A stretch of 63,972 nucleotides of DNA, counting the filler, from Reclinomonas americana ATCC 50394 (lineage: Eukaryota): the NCBI GenBank assembly GCA_048213135.1. It is 5 parts of 3 records of this genome, joined end to end, with 100 filler letters (N's around TTAATTAATTAA, not from the genome) between each part and the next. Parts side by side here need not be neighbours in the genome. Positions count along the whole stretch, not along the records: positions 23,439 to 44,739 come from PS015305.1; 4 more parts are not named here. The stretch is one strand, 5' to 3'. Positions 25,420 to 37,500 of this stretch are shown in pieces. The notes beneath the pieces were generated by a model that was not told the origin of the DNA, searched no databases, and saw only the letters and a program-made list of their open reading frames with translations. Position numbers and translations under genes: made by a program. Within the stretch, counting starts at the first letter, position 1, and each line of letters begins with the position of its first letter.

Positions 25420-27034
25420 ATGTCCACGCTTGCGGCCTTGTTCGTCGCACTAGCCGTGTGCCTCTGGTCGCCGGAGAGCACACTGGCAGCACATCTGGCC
25501 GCACGCGACACCACCGACACGAGCAGCAACACGGACACGGTCAAGCAGAACTCGCAGTGCTCGTGTAGCTTGTGCGTTTTCTCCACTCCGTCGCACCACC
25601 TCCCACCACCTCGCCTCTCACATCACTCGCGTGTGTCGCACAGCCTGAACATCATCTGTGTCACCTTTGGTGGCTGCATCCCCCAGGTGTTCCTGTCGTT
25701 CGCCTTTTACGGCGGCATCATCGCCGCCCTCATTATCATCAAGTTGTGTTCCCAGTGGATGAGCGTTTACCTTCCCCCCGCGCATGCCGACCTTGCGCTT
25801 GTGCAGAAAGTGCGGATTTGCACGTGTGTGCTGCGCTCCGTGTCGGTGGTTCTGTCGAGGAGCACCCGGTGGTGCCAGCAACGACGTTGATAGTGAGAGA
25901 CGCAGGCGACAGCGACGATCCCGCCGTCGGTCACGAAAAACGCGTCGCGGGTACGTGCGTTTCCGTACACCACCTATCTCACCGTCGTGACGATTCATGT
26001 CGCCGCAGATCGACCTCACTGGAGGAGAGCAGTGCCGACGACAATGTCGGCATGGAGATTCAGACGAGTGACGACGACGACGACGACGACGAAGAACAGG
26101 GAAAGCGACGCCGCCGGCGCAGACGCGCCTCGCTGCAGCGCCGGCAGGGTCGTTACCAGGAACTGCAAACAAGATCGCCCTCGGCGAGTGGTGACCGCGG
26201 TGCGGTGACGGTCCTCTCGAGCCCACTCGGCAGCGCCCTCACCAAGGACCTGTCGCCACTCAGCGACGGTCCAATGGCAACACCGCTAACCAGTGTCGAC
26301 ATGCCGTTGTTCCACACGCCGCTGTCCACCGCAGCAGTCGCCACGAAAACTCGTCGCCGCCTCGTCTTCGCTCCCGGACTCACTCGCGACGAGGTGTGGA
26401 GGGCGGTCGGACGGCAGACTACCGTCTACCTCAATGTCACCGGCTCGTCCGTCGACTCCACATCGCTCTACGTTGCGTTGTATGTCTCATTGCCGATGCG
26501 CCATAAAATGTGCTCAAACCGCTGCGCATTCACCAGCGCCCCGGGCCGGCATTCAGCGTGCTCGGCTGCCTGACCTTTGAGGCCGCGCAAGGCAACGAAC
26601 ACGGGCAATTGTGGTTCGTCTTGCACCCGGCCCACCGTCAGCAAGTTGCGCCGCTCCCCTCCCACCATGTACACATCAGCATTTTCGAGAGCGTCGCTCA
26701 CCGGCACGTGATGTTTCGTCCGCCGCAGACGTGGTACTACGACGAGTACAGCGGGAGATATCGGGCCTTCGAAGACGCCGACGTCATAGATCTCGACGCC
26801 CAACAATTCGCCCTCCCACTCACCTTTGGTCAGATCGCCAAGCACGTAACAATGGAGCCGGTCAGCCCGTGTATCAACGGCGATCCTCCTCCTCCACCAC
26901 CGCCACCCCCATTACTATCAGCAACCTCGTCTGCTGGCACTTCAAGGCCTCCCCGGCGCGCCATTCAGCTCTCTTCCAGTGACGACGATGACGACGGCGA
27001 TGACGGGGGCAAGGGAGGCCACGAAAGACTCTGA
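25420..27034 (+). CDS. Hypothetical signal-peptide, single-pass membrane protein (multi-exon)
   Basis: MSTLAALFVALAVCLWS signal-like start, TM segment VFLSFAFYGGIIAALIIIKL, acidic/basic linker and a globular C-terminal segment (TWYYDEYSGRYRAF). Confidence 0.6.
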
Positions 27035-27042
27035 CAAGTGTT

Positions 27043-30000
27043 TCACTGTTTGGTAAATATGCCCTCGACAAACTGCACATAGTCGGGGCCGAGCGGCTCG
27101 CGCCATTCGGTGGCGGTCCTGACCACAATGAGGAATTCCTCGCACGTGTAGTCCTCGTGCGACGGCGACATTAATAGGTGGGTTAGTTCCTGCGCAGCAT
27201 CGGTGGTGTGAGTCGACAGCAATCACCAGTCACACCTTGTGTCACATACACACCGTTTCGGTCAGCTGCAACAAGTCGAGGACCTTGCGGGCGCGATCAA
27301 AGTGCACGTTGGAGTCGGGCCGCGCAAATGTAATGTTCGTGAGATTCTGCTGCAGCGCAAACAGATTGCGGCGGAACTTGGCGATGCCGTTCCGGTTGAA
27401 GCGACACTCCACGTGATGCGCAATTCCATGAATCAGAATCCACGGCAGCAGCGGCTCAACGCCGTCCAGCAAATACTTGATCTTGACCGGTGGCAAGTAC
27501 CGCGACAGCACCTCACTCGTAAACAGCATGTCGCGATTCATGTTGATGATGAAATTCTCTGGCATGGTGACCTCCTCCGCAATGTCGTACGACGACTGCC
27601 AGAATGTGCGGAGTGAGAGAGCAGTAAAGGAAGCGGGAGATGAGAACCAGCACGCAACATCCTTCATGTTGTTGAGGAAGTAGAAGCAGCGCACACGAAT
27701 GTCGAGCTTCAGCGCATGCAGGGCTCGGCGCGACAACTTGCGTGCAGCAGCAATCACTGTGTCGAGCTCAGCAGCCTCCTCTGCCAACCTGCGTGCAACA
27801 CTGCTGGTGAGCAACTGCGCCATCTTTTACGCACTCGCATCGACGGCGCACGTACCTCTGGTCACTGGCAGTGTGCTCATGGTGCGACCCAAATGCACTG
27901 CCGACTCGTTTCGCTGCAAGCAATAACATGACAATGAGAGAGAGGTCACAATCAAACACACACACACACACACCTTCGGCATCGGTAAGTTCGCCCGCCA
28001 TGCGATCGAGCGTGAGAGACGGAAAGTCCAGCCGCTCCAGGCGGGCCATCAACCATTGCTGTCACAAGAACACTTTGTGTCAACAACGAGCACAACGGGA
28101 GAAATTTGGCGAGGCCACACAAACCAGTGAGTCGTTAAAGTTGGCGAGCAGCACGAACGGCGTGGAATCCAGGAAAATGCGAGTGGCGTCGGTGTGGTTG
28201 CGAGCGAGCATCTCACGATCAATGGCCTCTTGATATCTCTTGTCGCTGGCCTCCAACTCCTGTCACACAAGACTGAGCGAGACACACATGCATGCACTCA
28301 CACATGCACGCCTGCCACACAACTGCAGGATCAATGCGCAGCCGTGACACCCATGATCGCGCATCCACCACGTCCTCTTCCGGCAGCTCAACGTCGTGAT
28401 CGCAATCGCCAGCCCCAGACGGAGCCGACGGCACTGGTCCCACGGCGGTGCCGTCGCTGCTGGAGAACACAAAGGGCTCGAGCGGATTGCGCGCCAGTGC
28501 TTCTCGCACATCGTCGCGGTAGCTGAGCTTGCCCGAGTAGGAGCCTGTGCACGTAGGCGCGATGAGAATGATGCACACGTGTTGTGTCTTCTCAACGGAC
28601 ACTGCAGCAGCGCACCCTCGACCACTTTCGAAAACTGCCTCTCGCACTCCTCCTCGAACCGCTTCAACACCACCACCACGGCACCGAGGAACTCGGCAGC
28701 GTAGTGCGGCACTCGTTTGCTGCTCTCGTACAACTCCTCCACTAACTTGAAAATCGACAGAACGCCCTGCGCCAGCCAGCACATCAACCCTCCACGTCAG
28801 CCTCACCACTGAATAAAAATCATCACACTCTGCCAACTGCGCCACACAACATTCAACAGCGGGCGCGACTCCTCTGCCTCCGAGTACGTGTCGCGGTCGG
28901 TGACACGCGGCTTGAACGCGTAAGGATCCGTGACAATCTCGGCCGCGCGCTCACGGTAGTCGGCATTCACCAGCGGGATGAACGTGTTTTGATTAAAGTT
29001 GCGCACAAAGTTGCGCAACAGATCCGTCTCCGCCCTGTACNNNNNNNNNNNNNNNNNNNNACAACACGAGGTGAGTACCGCCTCCACCACACATCTTGTC
29101 AGCAAAAAAGAATGTCTCCCCGACGCAACGGATCACGCTGTCGCACAATGGCCGAACACCGCTCAATAAAGTGCATGAGTGGCAAGAAGAACTGCAGCAT
29201 GTTGTACGGCGTTGTCTTCATGCCGGATGCCAGCTGATCCAAGTCCACCGTCCGCTTCGTTCCCTGGTTGCTGTTGGCCAGGGCGCGACTGCTGCCACTC
29301 GGGCCACCGCCACCGCCACCACGAGCACCAGTTGCCAGCGCCGCCGCGTGCGGGGTCATTGAAGCGGCCGCGGAGTCAATGAATGAAAAGTGAACCTGTG
29401 GCGGCAGTGAGTCATTGACGCACACACACACACAGTGCGCAGCGAGATGAAAGAGACCTTGTCCTTTTGCCGCGGAGCCTTGCGATAAATGTAGTCCCAC
29501 ACTCCGTTCAGCGGCACAATGTCGGACGCCAAGCTCGCGTCGTTCGGATCGAGGTACTCGGCCACCACGGCTTGCACCTACGTGAAAATCAGACTGCAGT
29601 TCAGCGACGACGGCTGGTGCCACACATCGCACACAGCCTCTTGACCCCACACCTCAATTTGAATCGCCTCCCACACCGCGTCGGTGGTCAGCAACGACGA
29701 CAGTGTGCGCGGCTCCNNNNNNNNNNNNNNNNNNNNAACAGTGAGCTAATGACGGCGCGGAACTCGCGCATCAGCGGTCGGATGGTGTGATCCATGCTCT
29801 CGCTCGACATCTCCGATGCCGGGTGCTGCGTGAGCGCCTCGGAGCGCAGCGTGCTCAAGAAGAACTGCGCCCACGTGCCAGTGAGTTCTTGTCATTGAGG
29901 GGCGGTGCGCAGCACGCACGCGTACGCAACATCAATCAACAGCTCGCCAGTGAGCCCACGTGTGCCCAGGTACTTGTGCGCCTGTGTGTCGAGAAAGTCG

Positions 30001-33000
30001 ACCACGTAGCGTCTGTCGTCGATGCGCGTAACATTTTTCAGTCAATGACTCGACAACAACAACAACAACAACAACAACAAGAAGAAGAAGGAGCAACAAG
30101 ACGCAACTCCACGGCCTTCACAAACAGACGACTCGACTGTGGATCCTCGCGGTACTCGACCATCTTGCGCCTGATGACGGCACGCAGCTCCTCCAATTGT
30201 GCCAGAGTGAGATTGACGTCCATGCCGCCGACGGCGGCCAGTCGTGACTGCCGCACGCGCGTGAGTCAAAAGTACATGACTCATAAACAAACACACACGT
30301 AATCAAGAGCGTACCTGTGCCTGCCGGCTTGAAGGTCGCGGCTCGTCGCTCAGCAATGCAATGCTGTCGATTAGCATGCTAAAGTTGCCGAGAATCCTCT
30401 CCAGTTTCTCAAACATCGAGCTGAACAGTTCCACCAGCATGCCCTGCACATCTCTGGCGTGTAAGTGTGTCACAACGAGCTGCGGAATGCATCCATCTCA
30501 ACCGCACACCTTTTGCCGACCGCTCGAGTCACCAGAGGGCTTGGCTCGCAGCAGCGGCATGGCCGATGCGCCGTCGGCACCACTGCCACTGCCACTACCA
30601 CTGCCGCCGCCTCCGCGTGCCAGACGTGAATCACCGCCAGAGAAGAACTGGTACGTGTGCACATCCAGTGTCGAGCGGATCTCGTATCGCAGCCGCTGCA
30701 GCACGGCATTCTGCATGTCACCGAGCTTGCCCAGGCGGGCCAGAGTGCCGACACACACAGTGTACAGGCGATCCGGATCATTTTCCAGGTCGTCTTCCGG
30801 TCGATCAACCACCGCTACAACAGCACCGTGGAGTCAGCGACAGCACGAGAGACGACGAATGGAGAAAAATGCTCACCTGGCATCGACGGATCGTTTGGTC
30901 GTCCCTTGCGATAGAACGAGCCAAAGAGGAGGTGGTGCACTTCGGCCTTGACACGCGAGCGCGTCACTTGCAAGCGCTGTGATGCGCGAGCAGAGGCACT
31001 CTTCTTGGCTCGCGCAATGCGCCGACGCAGCATGGCCGCCGACGAGACCGACGACGCCGGCGGCGTCGGGGGAATGTCAAACTCGGAAGGCGATGTGGCC
31101 GACGGAGATGCCACAGGCTCCTCGCCCGTGCCGGGTGTCGCCGACAAGCGCCATGTAGTCGGCGTGCGAGTCTCGTCGTCACTGCACCCCCTCTCACGTG
31201 TCAACTCTCACTGCACCAATCGCGCAAACAATGTCCGTGTCGTACCTGTCGCCGACTGAGTCGTCGGATTCGTGACCGCCAGGCTCCGCCGTTGGTTGCG
31301 TGGCCGAGGTCTCGGACGGACGTTGAGTGTTGAACAGCTGTGTCTGGATGCACGACAGGATGGAGCCGTACAATCCCTGCACACACATCACCTCGCATCA
31401 GTTGTCGAGTCTCACGCAACTCACTCACTCCCTCTCTCACCTCCTTGGTCTTGGCGAGCGACTCGCGCACCGACTGCAGTGCCTCGATGCGGCGCATGTC
31501 GTCACCCTTCAGTACTCGCTCGGCGTTCTCAATCAATTGGAGGGCGTACAAGAAGTGCTTGCCCTCCACGGCCTCGGCCACATCGACAGAGGCGTTGGCG
31601 AGTCCGTCACTGCGGGCAACTCGTCAGCGCGGCAGTAGAAGTGGGGGTTCAATGCGCTTCACGCACATTTTGTCAAACAGCTTGATGGCCTGCGTGTAGT
31701 GCAGCGAGCGCTCCCACAGGCGCTCCAGATCGGCGCGCTTCGGTGCCAGCACCTCACGAACACTGGAGCGCGCGCGCGCAGTGAGACCGCCATCCAAAAT
31801 CAAACACACAACACGACGTGCGTGCCCATCTCACGCACCGCAGCATGTCCTGCTTAATGTCGCCGACCTTGACTTGGTACGACGACAGCTGGTGCAGCAC
31901 GTCGCCAAACATGCGAATGCCAGTGTTGAGGTCGTCGAAATTCTCGTGGTAACCGAGAATCTGCGGCGACCACGTGAGCAACACCACCACAGCAGGCACA
32001 CTGCCTTGGCTCCCTTCCCCCACCGCACCTGCGTCAGCAACTGATCGGCCTGCTCGTGGATCTTGCGCAGTCGTGCAATCTCCGTGTCGCCACGACTCGC
32101 TTCGTGTCGCATTTCACTGCAACAGAAAGGGATAAGGTGAATGTCATGCCGACTTGCAGCACCCTGTGCCCACGGTANNNNNNNNNNNNNNNNNNNNNNN
32201 NNNNNNNNNNNNNNNNNNNNNNNNNNNNNNNNNNNNNNNNNNNNNNNNNNNNNNNNNNNNNNNNNNNNNNNNNNNNNNNNNNNNNNNNNNNNNNNNNNNN
32301 NNNNNNNNNNNNNNNNNNNNNNNNNNNNNNNNNNNNNNNNNNNNNNNNNNNNNNNNNNNNNNNNNNNNNNNNNNNNNNNNNNNNNNNNNNNNNNNNNNNN
32401 NNNNNNNNNNNNNNNNNNNNNNNNNNNNNNNNNNNNNNNNNNNNNNNNNNNNNNNNNNNNNNNNNNNNNNNNNNNNNNNNNNNNNNNNNNNNNNNNNNNN
32501 NNNNNNNNNNNNNNNNNNNNNNNNNNNNNNNNNNNNNNNNNNNNNNNNNNNNNNNNNNNNNNNNNNNNNNNNNNNNNNNNNNNNNNNNNNNNNNNNNNNN
32601 NNNNNNNNNNNNNNNNNNNNNNNNNNNNNNNNNNNNNNNNNNNNNNNNNNNNNNNNNNNNNNNNNNNNNNNNNNNNNNNNNNNNNNNNNNNNNNNNNNNN
32701 NNNNNNNNNNNNNNNNNNNNNNNNNNNNNNNNNNNNNNNNNNNNNNNNNNNNNNNNNNNNNNNNNNNNNCAGCGGGACCTGCGCAGCCGTCGGTGTCGGC
32801 GGCGCTGATGGAGCGGAAGCGGCGCAAGGTATTGATGGGCGTTGTTGGCTGACGCTTCTTGTCTCTCGTTGCGGCTGATCGTGTTGTGTGCAGGAGCAAG
32901 GCGGGAATGCGCCAGCGGCGGCCTCATCGCAGCTCGGCACCTCGTCGCTGGTGTCGACGGCAGCGGTGACGACGACGACTCCGAGTCGAGCGACGCCGGC

Positions 33001-34512
33001 GGTGGCGACTGCAGTGACTCCGTCGACCGCCTCGTCAGCCGCTGCTGCTGCTGCTGCCGCCGCCGCCGCGGCATCGGCTGCGTCGACGCTGCAGGCTCCC
33101 GACCAGGAGCGGGAGTGGAGGCAGTTGGAGCGCAAGACGACGACCTTTGCCGACGATGTGCCGGCCAAGTTCAAGGTGGACAAGTTCAACATCAATGGCG
33201 TACTGGCCGAGTACTTGCGGTGCGNNNNNNNNNNNNNNNNNNNNNNNNNNNNNNNNNNNNNNNNNNNNNNNNNNNNNNNNNNNNNNNNNNNNNNNNNNNN
33301 NNNNNNNNNNNNNNNNNNNNNNNNNNNNNNNNNNNNNNNNNNNNNNNNNNNNNNNNNNNNNNNNNNNNNNNNNNNNNNNNNNNNNNNNNNNNNNNNNNNN
33401 NNNNNNNNNNNNNNNNNNNNNNNNNNNNNNNNNNNNNNNNNNNNNNNNNNNNNNNNNNNNNNNNNNNNNNNNNNNNNNNNNNNNNNNNNNNNNNNNNNNN
33501 NNNNNNNNNNNNNNNNNNNNNNNNNNNNNNNNNNNNNNNNNNNNNNNNNNNNNNNNNNNNNNNNNNNNNNNNNNNNNNNNNNNNNNNNNNNNNNNNNNNN
33601 NNNNNNNNNNNNNNNNNNNNNNNNNNNNNNNNNNNNNNNNNNNNNNNNNNNNNNNNNNNNNNNNNNNNNNNNNNNNNNNNNNNNNNNNNNNNNNNNNNNN
33701 NNNNNNNNNNNNNNNNNNNNNNNNNNNNNNNNNNNNNNNNNNNNNNNNNNNNNNNNNNNNNNNNNNNNNNNNNNNNNNNNNNNNNNNNNNNNNNNNNNNN
33801 NNNNNNNNNNNNNNNNNNNNNNNNNNNNNNNNNNNNNNNNNNNNNNNNNNNNNNNNNNNNNNNNNNNNNNNNNNNNNNNNNNNNCCGCAGTCGCCGGCGC
33901 CCGAACGACGCGCGTCGGATCCTTTCGATCTGTTAATACACATGAGCTCATGAGCAACTGCCGCAGCGAGTCTCCTCCCACCAGCGCACGCTCACCAGAA
34001 GCATCCGACAGCGCATCCGCAGGTGCGGGCGGTGGCGGCTGTGCCACAGCCACGGCCGGTGGCACGGTCGCACGCAGCGGAGCCGAGGGCGCCAGCAGTG
34101 CCGGAGTCGAGCGCGAAGGATGCATGCCCACTGGTGCCGCCAGCGCCGCCACGCCACTGCGACGCGGCTCACTCACCACATTCTCCTCCTCCTCCTCATC
34201 GTCATCATCATCATCATCATAGTCATCATCGCTGTCGCTGTGCGCCGGAGCACGCCCGCGAATCGCCGGAGCCACTGCCGCCGCCGCCGCAGTCACCCGC
34301 TTGAACGAGCTCGCCAGTGATGCCTATACAAAGCAAAAGGCACTTTGGTCGACGGCAAAGTGACTTTGGTCGGCACACAAAAGTGACTTTGGTCGACACT
34401 CAACTGCAGAGGTGGCTAATGAGGGCGCGACACTGGGTGCCGCCGCACTGCCTGCACTCCGCTCAGCTGCTGCACGACGCCCGAGGCCCGCAGACAAGCG
34501 TGGTTGGCTCAT
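27043..34512 (-). CDS. EXOC4: Exocyst complex component Sec8 (multi-exon; contig 32770-33224 appears flipped)
   Basis: KRADLERLWERS, AVEGKHFLYA, LKLDIRVRCFYFL and GIAKFRRNLFALQQNLTNIT...FDRAR match Sec8. The start at 34512 is inferred across gaps. Confidence 0.9.
34334..34397. repeat. Three 22-nt tandem units with palindromic core CAAAG-TGA-CTTTG in Sec8 intron 1
   Basis: caaaaggcactttggtcg at 34334, caaagtgactttggtcg at 34356 and caaaagtgactttggtcg at 34378. Confidence 0.85.
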
Positions 34513-34592
34513 TGTAAGCTAAGCTCTCAAAACAGATTTGGCGCGCGAAATTTCGTGTGTGATTGTGTTTGCGTGTGTGTGCGGGAGACAAC
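34513..34592. promoter_or_regulatory. Putative bidirectional promoter between Sec8 and Rpn1 with overlapping E2F-like sites
   Basis: Only 80 bp between the divergent ATGs. TTTGGCGCGCGAAA at 34537-34550 matches TTTSSCGC on both strands. Confidence 0.5.
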
Positions 34593-37500
34593 ATGGAGAC
34601 GTCGAAAGCTCAGCCGCCGAAGCATGACGAGAAGAAGAAGAAGGACAAGAAGCAGGAGGAGGAGCTGGTGCGTGCGTGTTTTTTGTGTGTGCACATGGCG
34701 CCATTCCTCGCACACTTCGTCTTGTCTCTTGTGTCGACCGTCGTGCATGCGTGTTTGCTCTTTCTCCTCCTCCTCTCCCGTGTGTGCTCGTGTGCACGTG
34801 TCACGCATGCGCTCGACAAGCAGTGTGTGTGTGTGTTTTGAGAGAGAAGAGTGTTCAAATTCGTTTGCGCGCGCGCTCTCGCTCATTGCTTGTGTGCAGA
34901 GCGAGGAGGAGCTGCGTATCAAGGATGAGATGCAGTTGCTGGTGGATCGCGCCAATGACGAGTCGGCCGAGTTGCGACAGCGTGCGATTCAGTCGATGAG
35001 CGAACAACTTCGTGGCGCCGTTGCGTGTTGTCTCTCACTCACTCACTAGCACACTCTCTCGCGTTCTCACTCGTTGATGGGCGCAGGAGGCGAGCTTGGC
35101 GTCTGTCCCGCTGCAGCTCAAGTACCTGCGAAAGCACTTTGTGCCGCTCAAGGAGCTGCACGCGCGCATTCCCGATTCGCCAGAGAGAGTTGCGTGCGCT
35201 CTGTGAGGCGCGCGTGTGTGTGTTGTTGTTGCTGCTCACCTTTTTTTGCGCAGCGTCTGCTTGCTGATGTGATCTCGCACCTGGCCACCACCTTCCATGT
35301 TGCGTCGCTGTTGTCTGGTGTCCCACACGAGTGCTTTTGCTCTCGTCTCACACTTGTTTTCTGTTGGCGCAGGGCGGCGACCGCGACTGCCTGACGTACA
35401 AGCTGCAGGGCAACCGCAGTGACATTGAGTCGTGGGGTCCCGAGTACATTCGGTGCGTTTTGTTGAGAGAGAGAGAGACAAAGTGATTGCGGTCTCATCG
35501 CCTGCGCAGTCACTTGGCTGGCGAGATTGGTCGCGAGTATGAGGCGCGCGCCACGGCGACGGCGTCGGATGCGGCCAGCGGCTCGGCCGCCGAGCTGGCA
35601 CTGCCTGCCGATCTGTTGAGCCTGGTACACCAGATTGTGGCGTTTGAGGTGCGACACCGCTCCGAGCCCGACGCTGTGGACCTGCTGCTGGAGGTCGAGA
35701 AGCTGCAGCTCATCATCCCGCTGTGCGACGCCGACAACTACCACCGCGTGTGCTCGTACTTGATTGCGTGCTCGCAGTACGTACCCGAGCCCGACGATCA
35801 GGAGCTGCTGAAGGTGCGTGGTATCCGGAGGGCCCTGCGTTTTTTTGAATATTTTCGTGACGGTTCCTTTTGCGTTATCGCAGGTGGCACTGGAGATCTA
35901 CATGAATGTGCGCCGCTACCCCGAGGCTCTGCGTGTGGCTCTGCGCCTCAACGATCCGCGCCTCATCAAGCAAGTGTTTGCCGCTTGCGACAATGAGTTG
36001 TGTCTGCGTGTTTGTTTGTTTTCGTGGTCCGTCGTGCGGTGCTTACCGTTGGCCGCCACAGCTTGGTGAAGAAGCAGCTCGGTTTCATTCTCGCGCGCCA
36101 GCGCTTCCTCATTGATGTGGAGAACGACGACCTGAACGAGATCATCTCCAACACCAAGCTCTCCGAGTACTTCCGCAAGGTGGCTGCCGACCTGGAGGTC
36201 GTGGACGCCAAGAAGCCCGAGGATGTGTTCAAGACGCACCTGGTGGAGACAAGTTGCGTCTTATTCTCGCCTCTTCAAGTGTGTACTCGATCCGTCGGCT
36301 TTACTCACACCCGCGATTTGTGCAGGACCTGGTGCTCAGGCCAACATGGACTCGGCCAAGCAGAATTTGGCTGCGACCATTGTGAACGGCTTCCTGAATG
36401 CCGGTTTCGGATCCGACTTGTTGATGACCAACAAGGTGGGACGGATGAGCATAGGTGGTTGCTGAATTAGCATCCACTCACTACGCCTCCTTGTCCTCCT
36501 CCCAGGGCCAGGATGCCGAGAACTGGTTGTACAGGAACAAGGATCAGGGTCTAACGGCCGCCGCTGCCTCTGTTGGCATGATCCACATGTGGGATGTGTA
36601 CACGGGCTTTGCCGAGATCGACGCGTACCACGAGTCGCCCGACAAGTGCATTCAGGGTGGCGCTCTCTTGGGCATGGGTGCGTGTTTCTCTGACGGGGAG
36701 TGCATTTTTTGCGAGTACTCACCATATGATGTTGTCGCAGGCCTCATTCTGAATGGCGTGCGATCCACCTTCGATCCTGCTCTGCAGCTCATCACTGACG
36801 CCATGAGCAACTCGTCGCGCGAGGTGCGGTGGTACTGATTGATTGTCTGTCGTGTGACGCACATTGTTGTTTGACCCCCGCAACTGCACAGGTCCGTGTC
36901 GGTGGCATTCTGGGTCTTGGTTTGGCGTACGCGGGCTCCTTCCGCGAGGATGTGGCAGAGAAGCTGTCGAGCCTGCTGCTGAACGCGGACGAGAGCATTG
37001 AGATTTCGGCCTTGTCGGCCTTGTCTCTCGGCCTGGTACGCGTACCTCGTCATCACACAACATCGCACAAACCCCCTGTCACTCATTTTGCGCGTTCATT
37101 TTGCAGATCTTTGTCGGCTCGTGCCACGAGGAAGTGTCCAACACCATCCTGCACGCACTGCTGGAGCGCGATGAGACCGAGTTGGCCACGAACACCCTGT
37201 CGCGGTTCTACTCGCTGGCACTCGGCTTCATCTTCTTGGGCAAGCAGGGCGAGTCAGATACCATTCTGGAGGCCACAAGGGTGTGTGTGTTCTGTGGAAG
37301 AGGCGCGTTCTTCTTGCGGCTCACTCGTCTCCTTGCAGGCATTGCCGGCCAAGATCTCCAAGTACTGCGAGTTCACGGTCGAGTCGTGTGCCTACGCTGG
37401 CACCGGCAACGTGTTGAAGGTGCAGAAGCTGTTGGAGGAGTGCGGCACGCACTCGGAGGAGGAGGACCAGAAGCTGCACTTGGTGCGTGGGTTGTGCGGG

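Noticed and set aside
31831..34296. 821-aa ORF and other long X-containing ORFs
   Set aside because: They read through N gaps across differently oriented contigs.
34334..34397. CRISPR-like array
   Set aside because: Only three 22-nt units with spacers of a few bases, in a eukaryotic intron with no cas genes.
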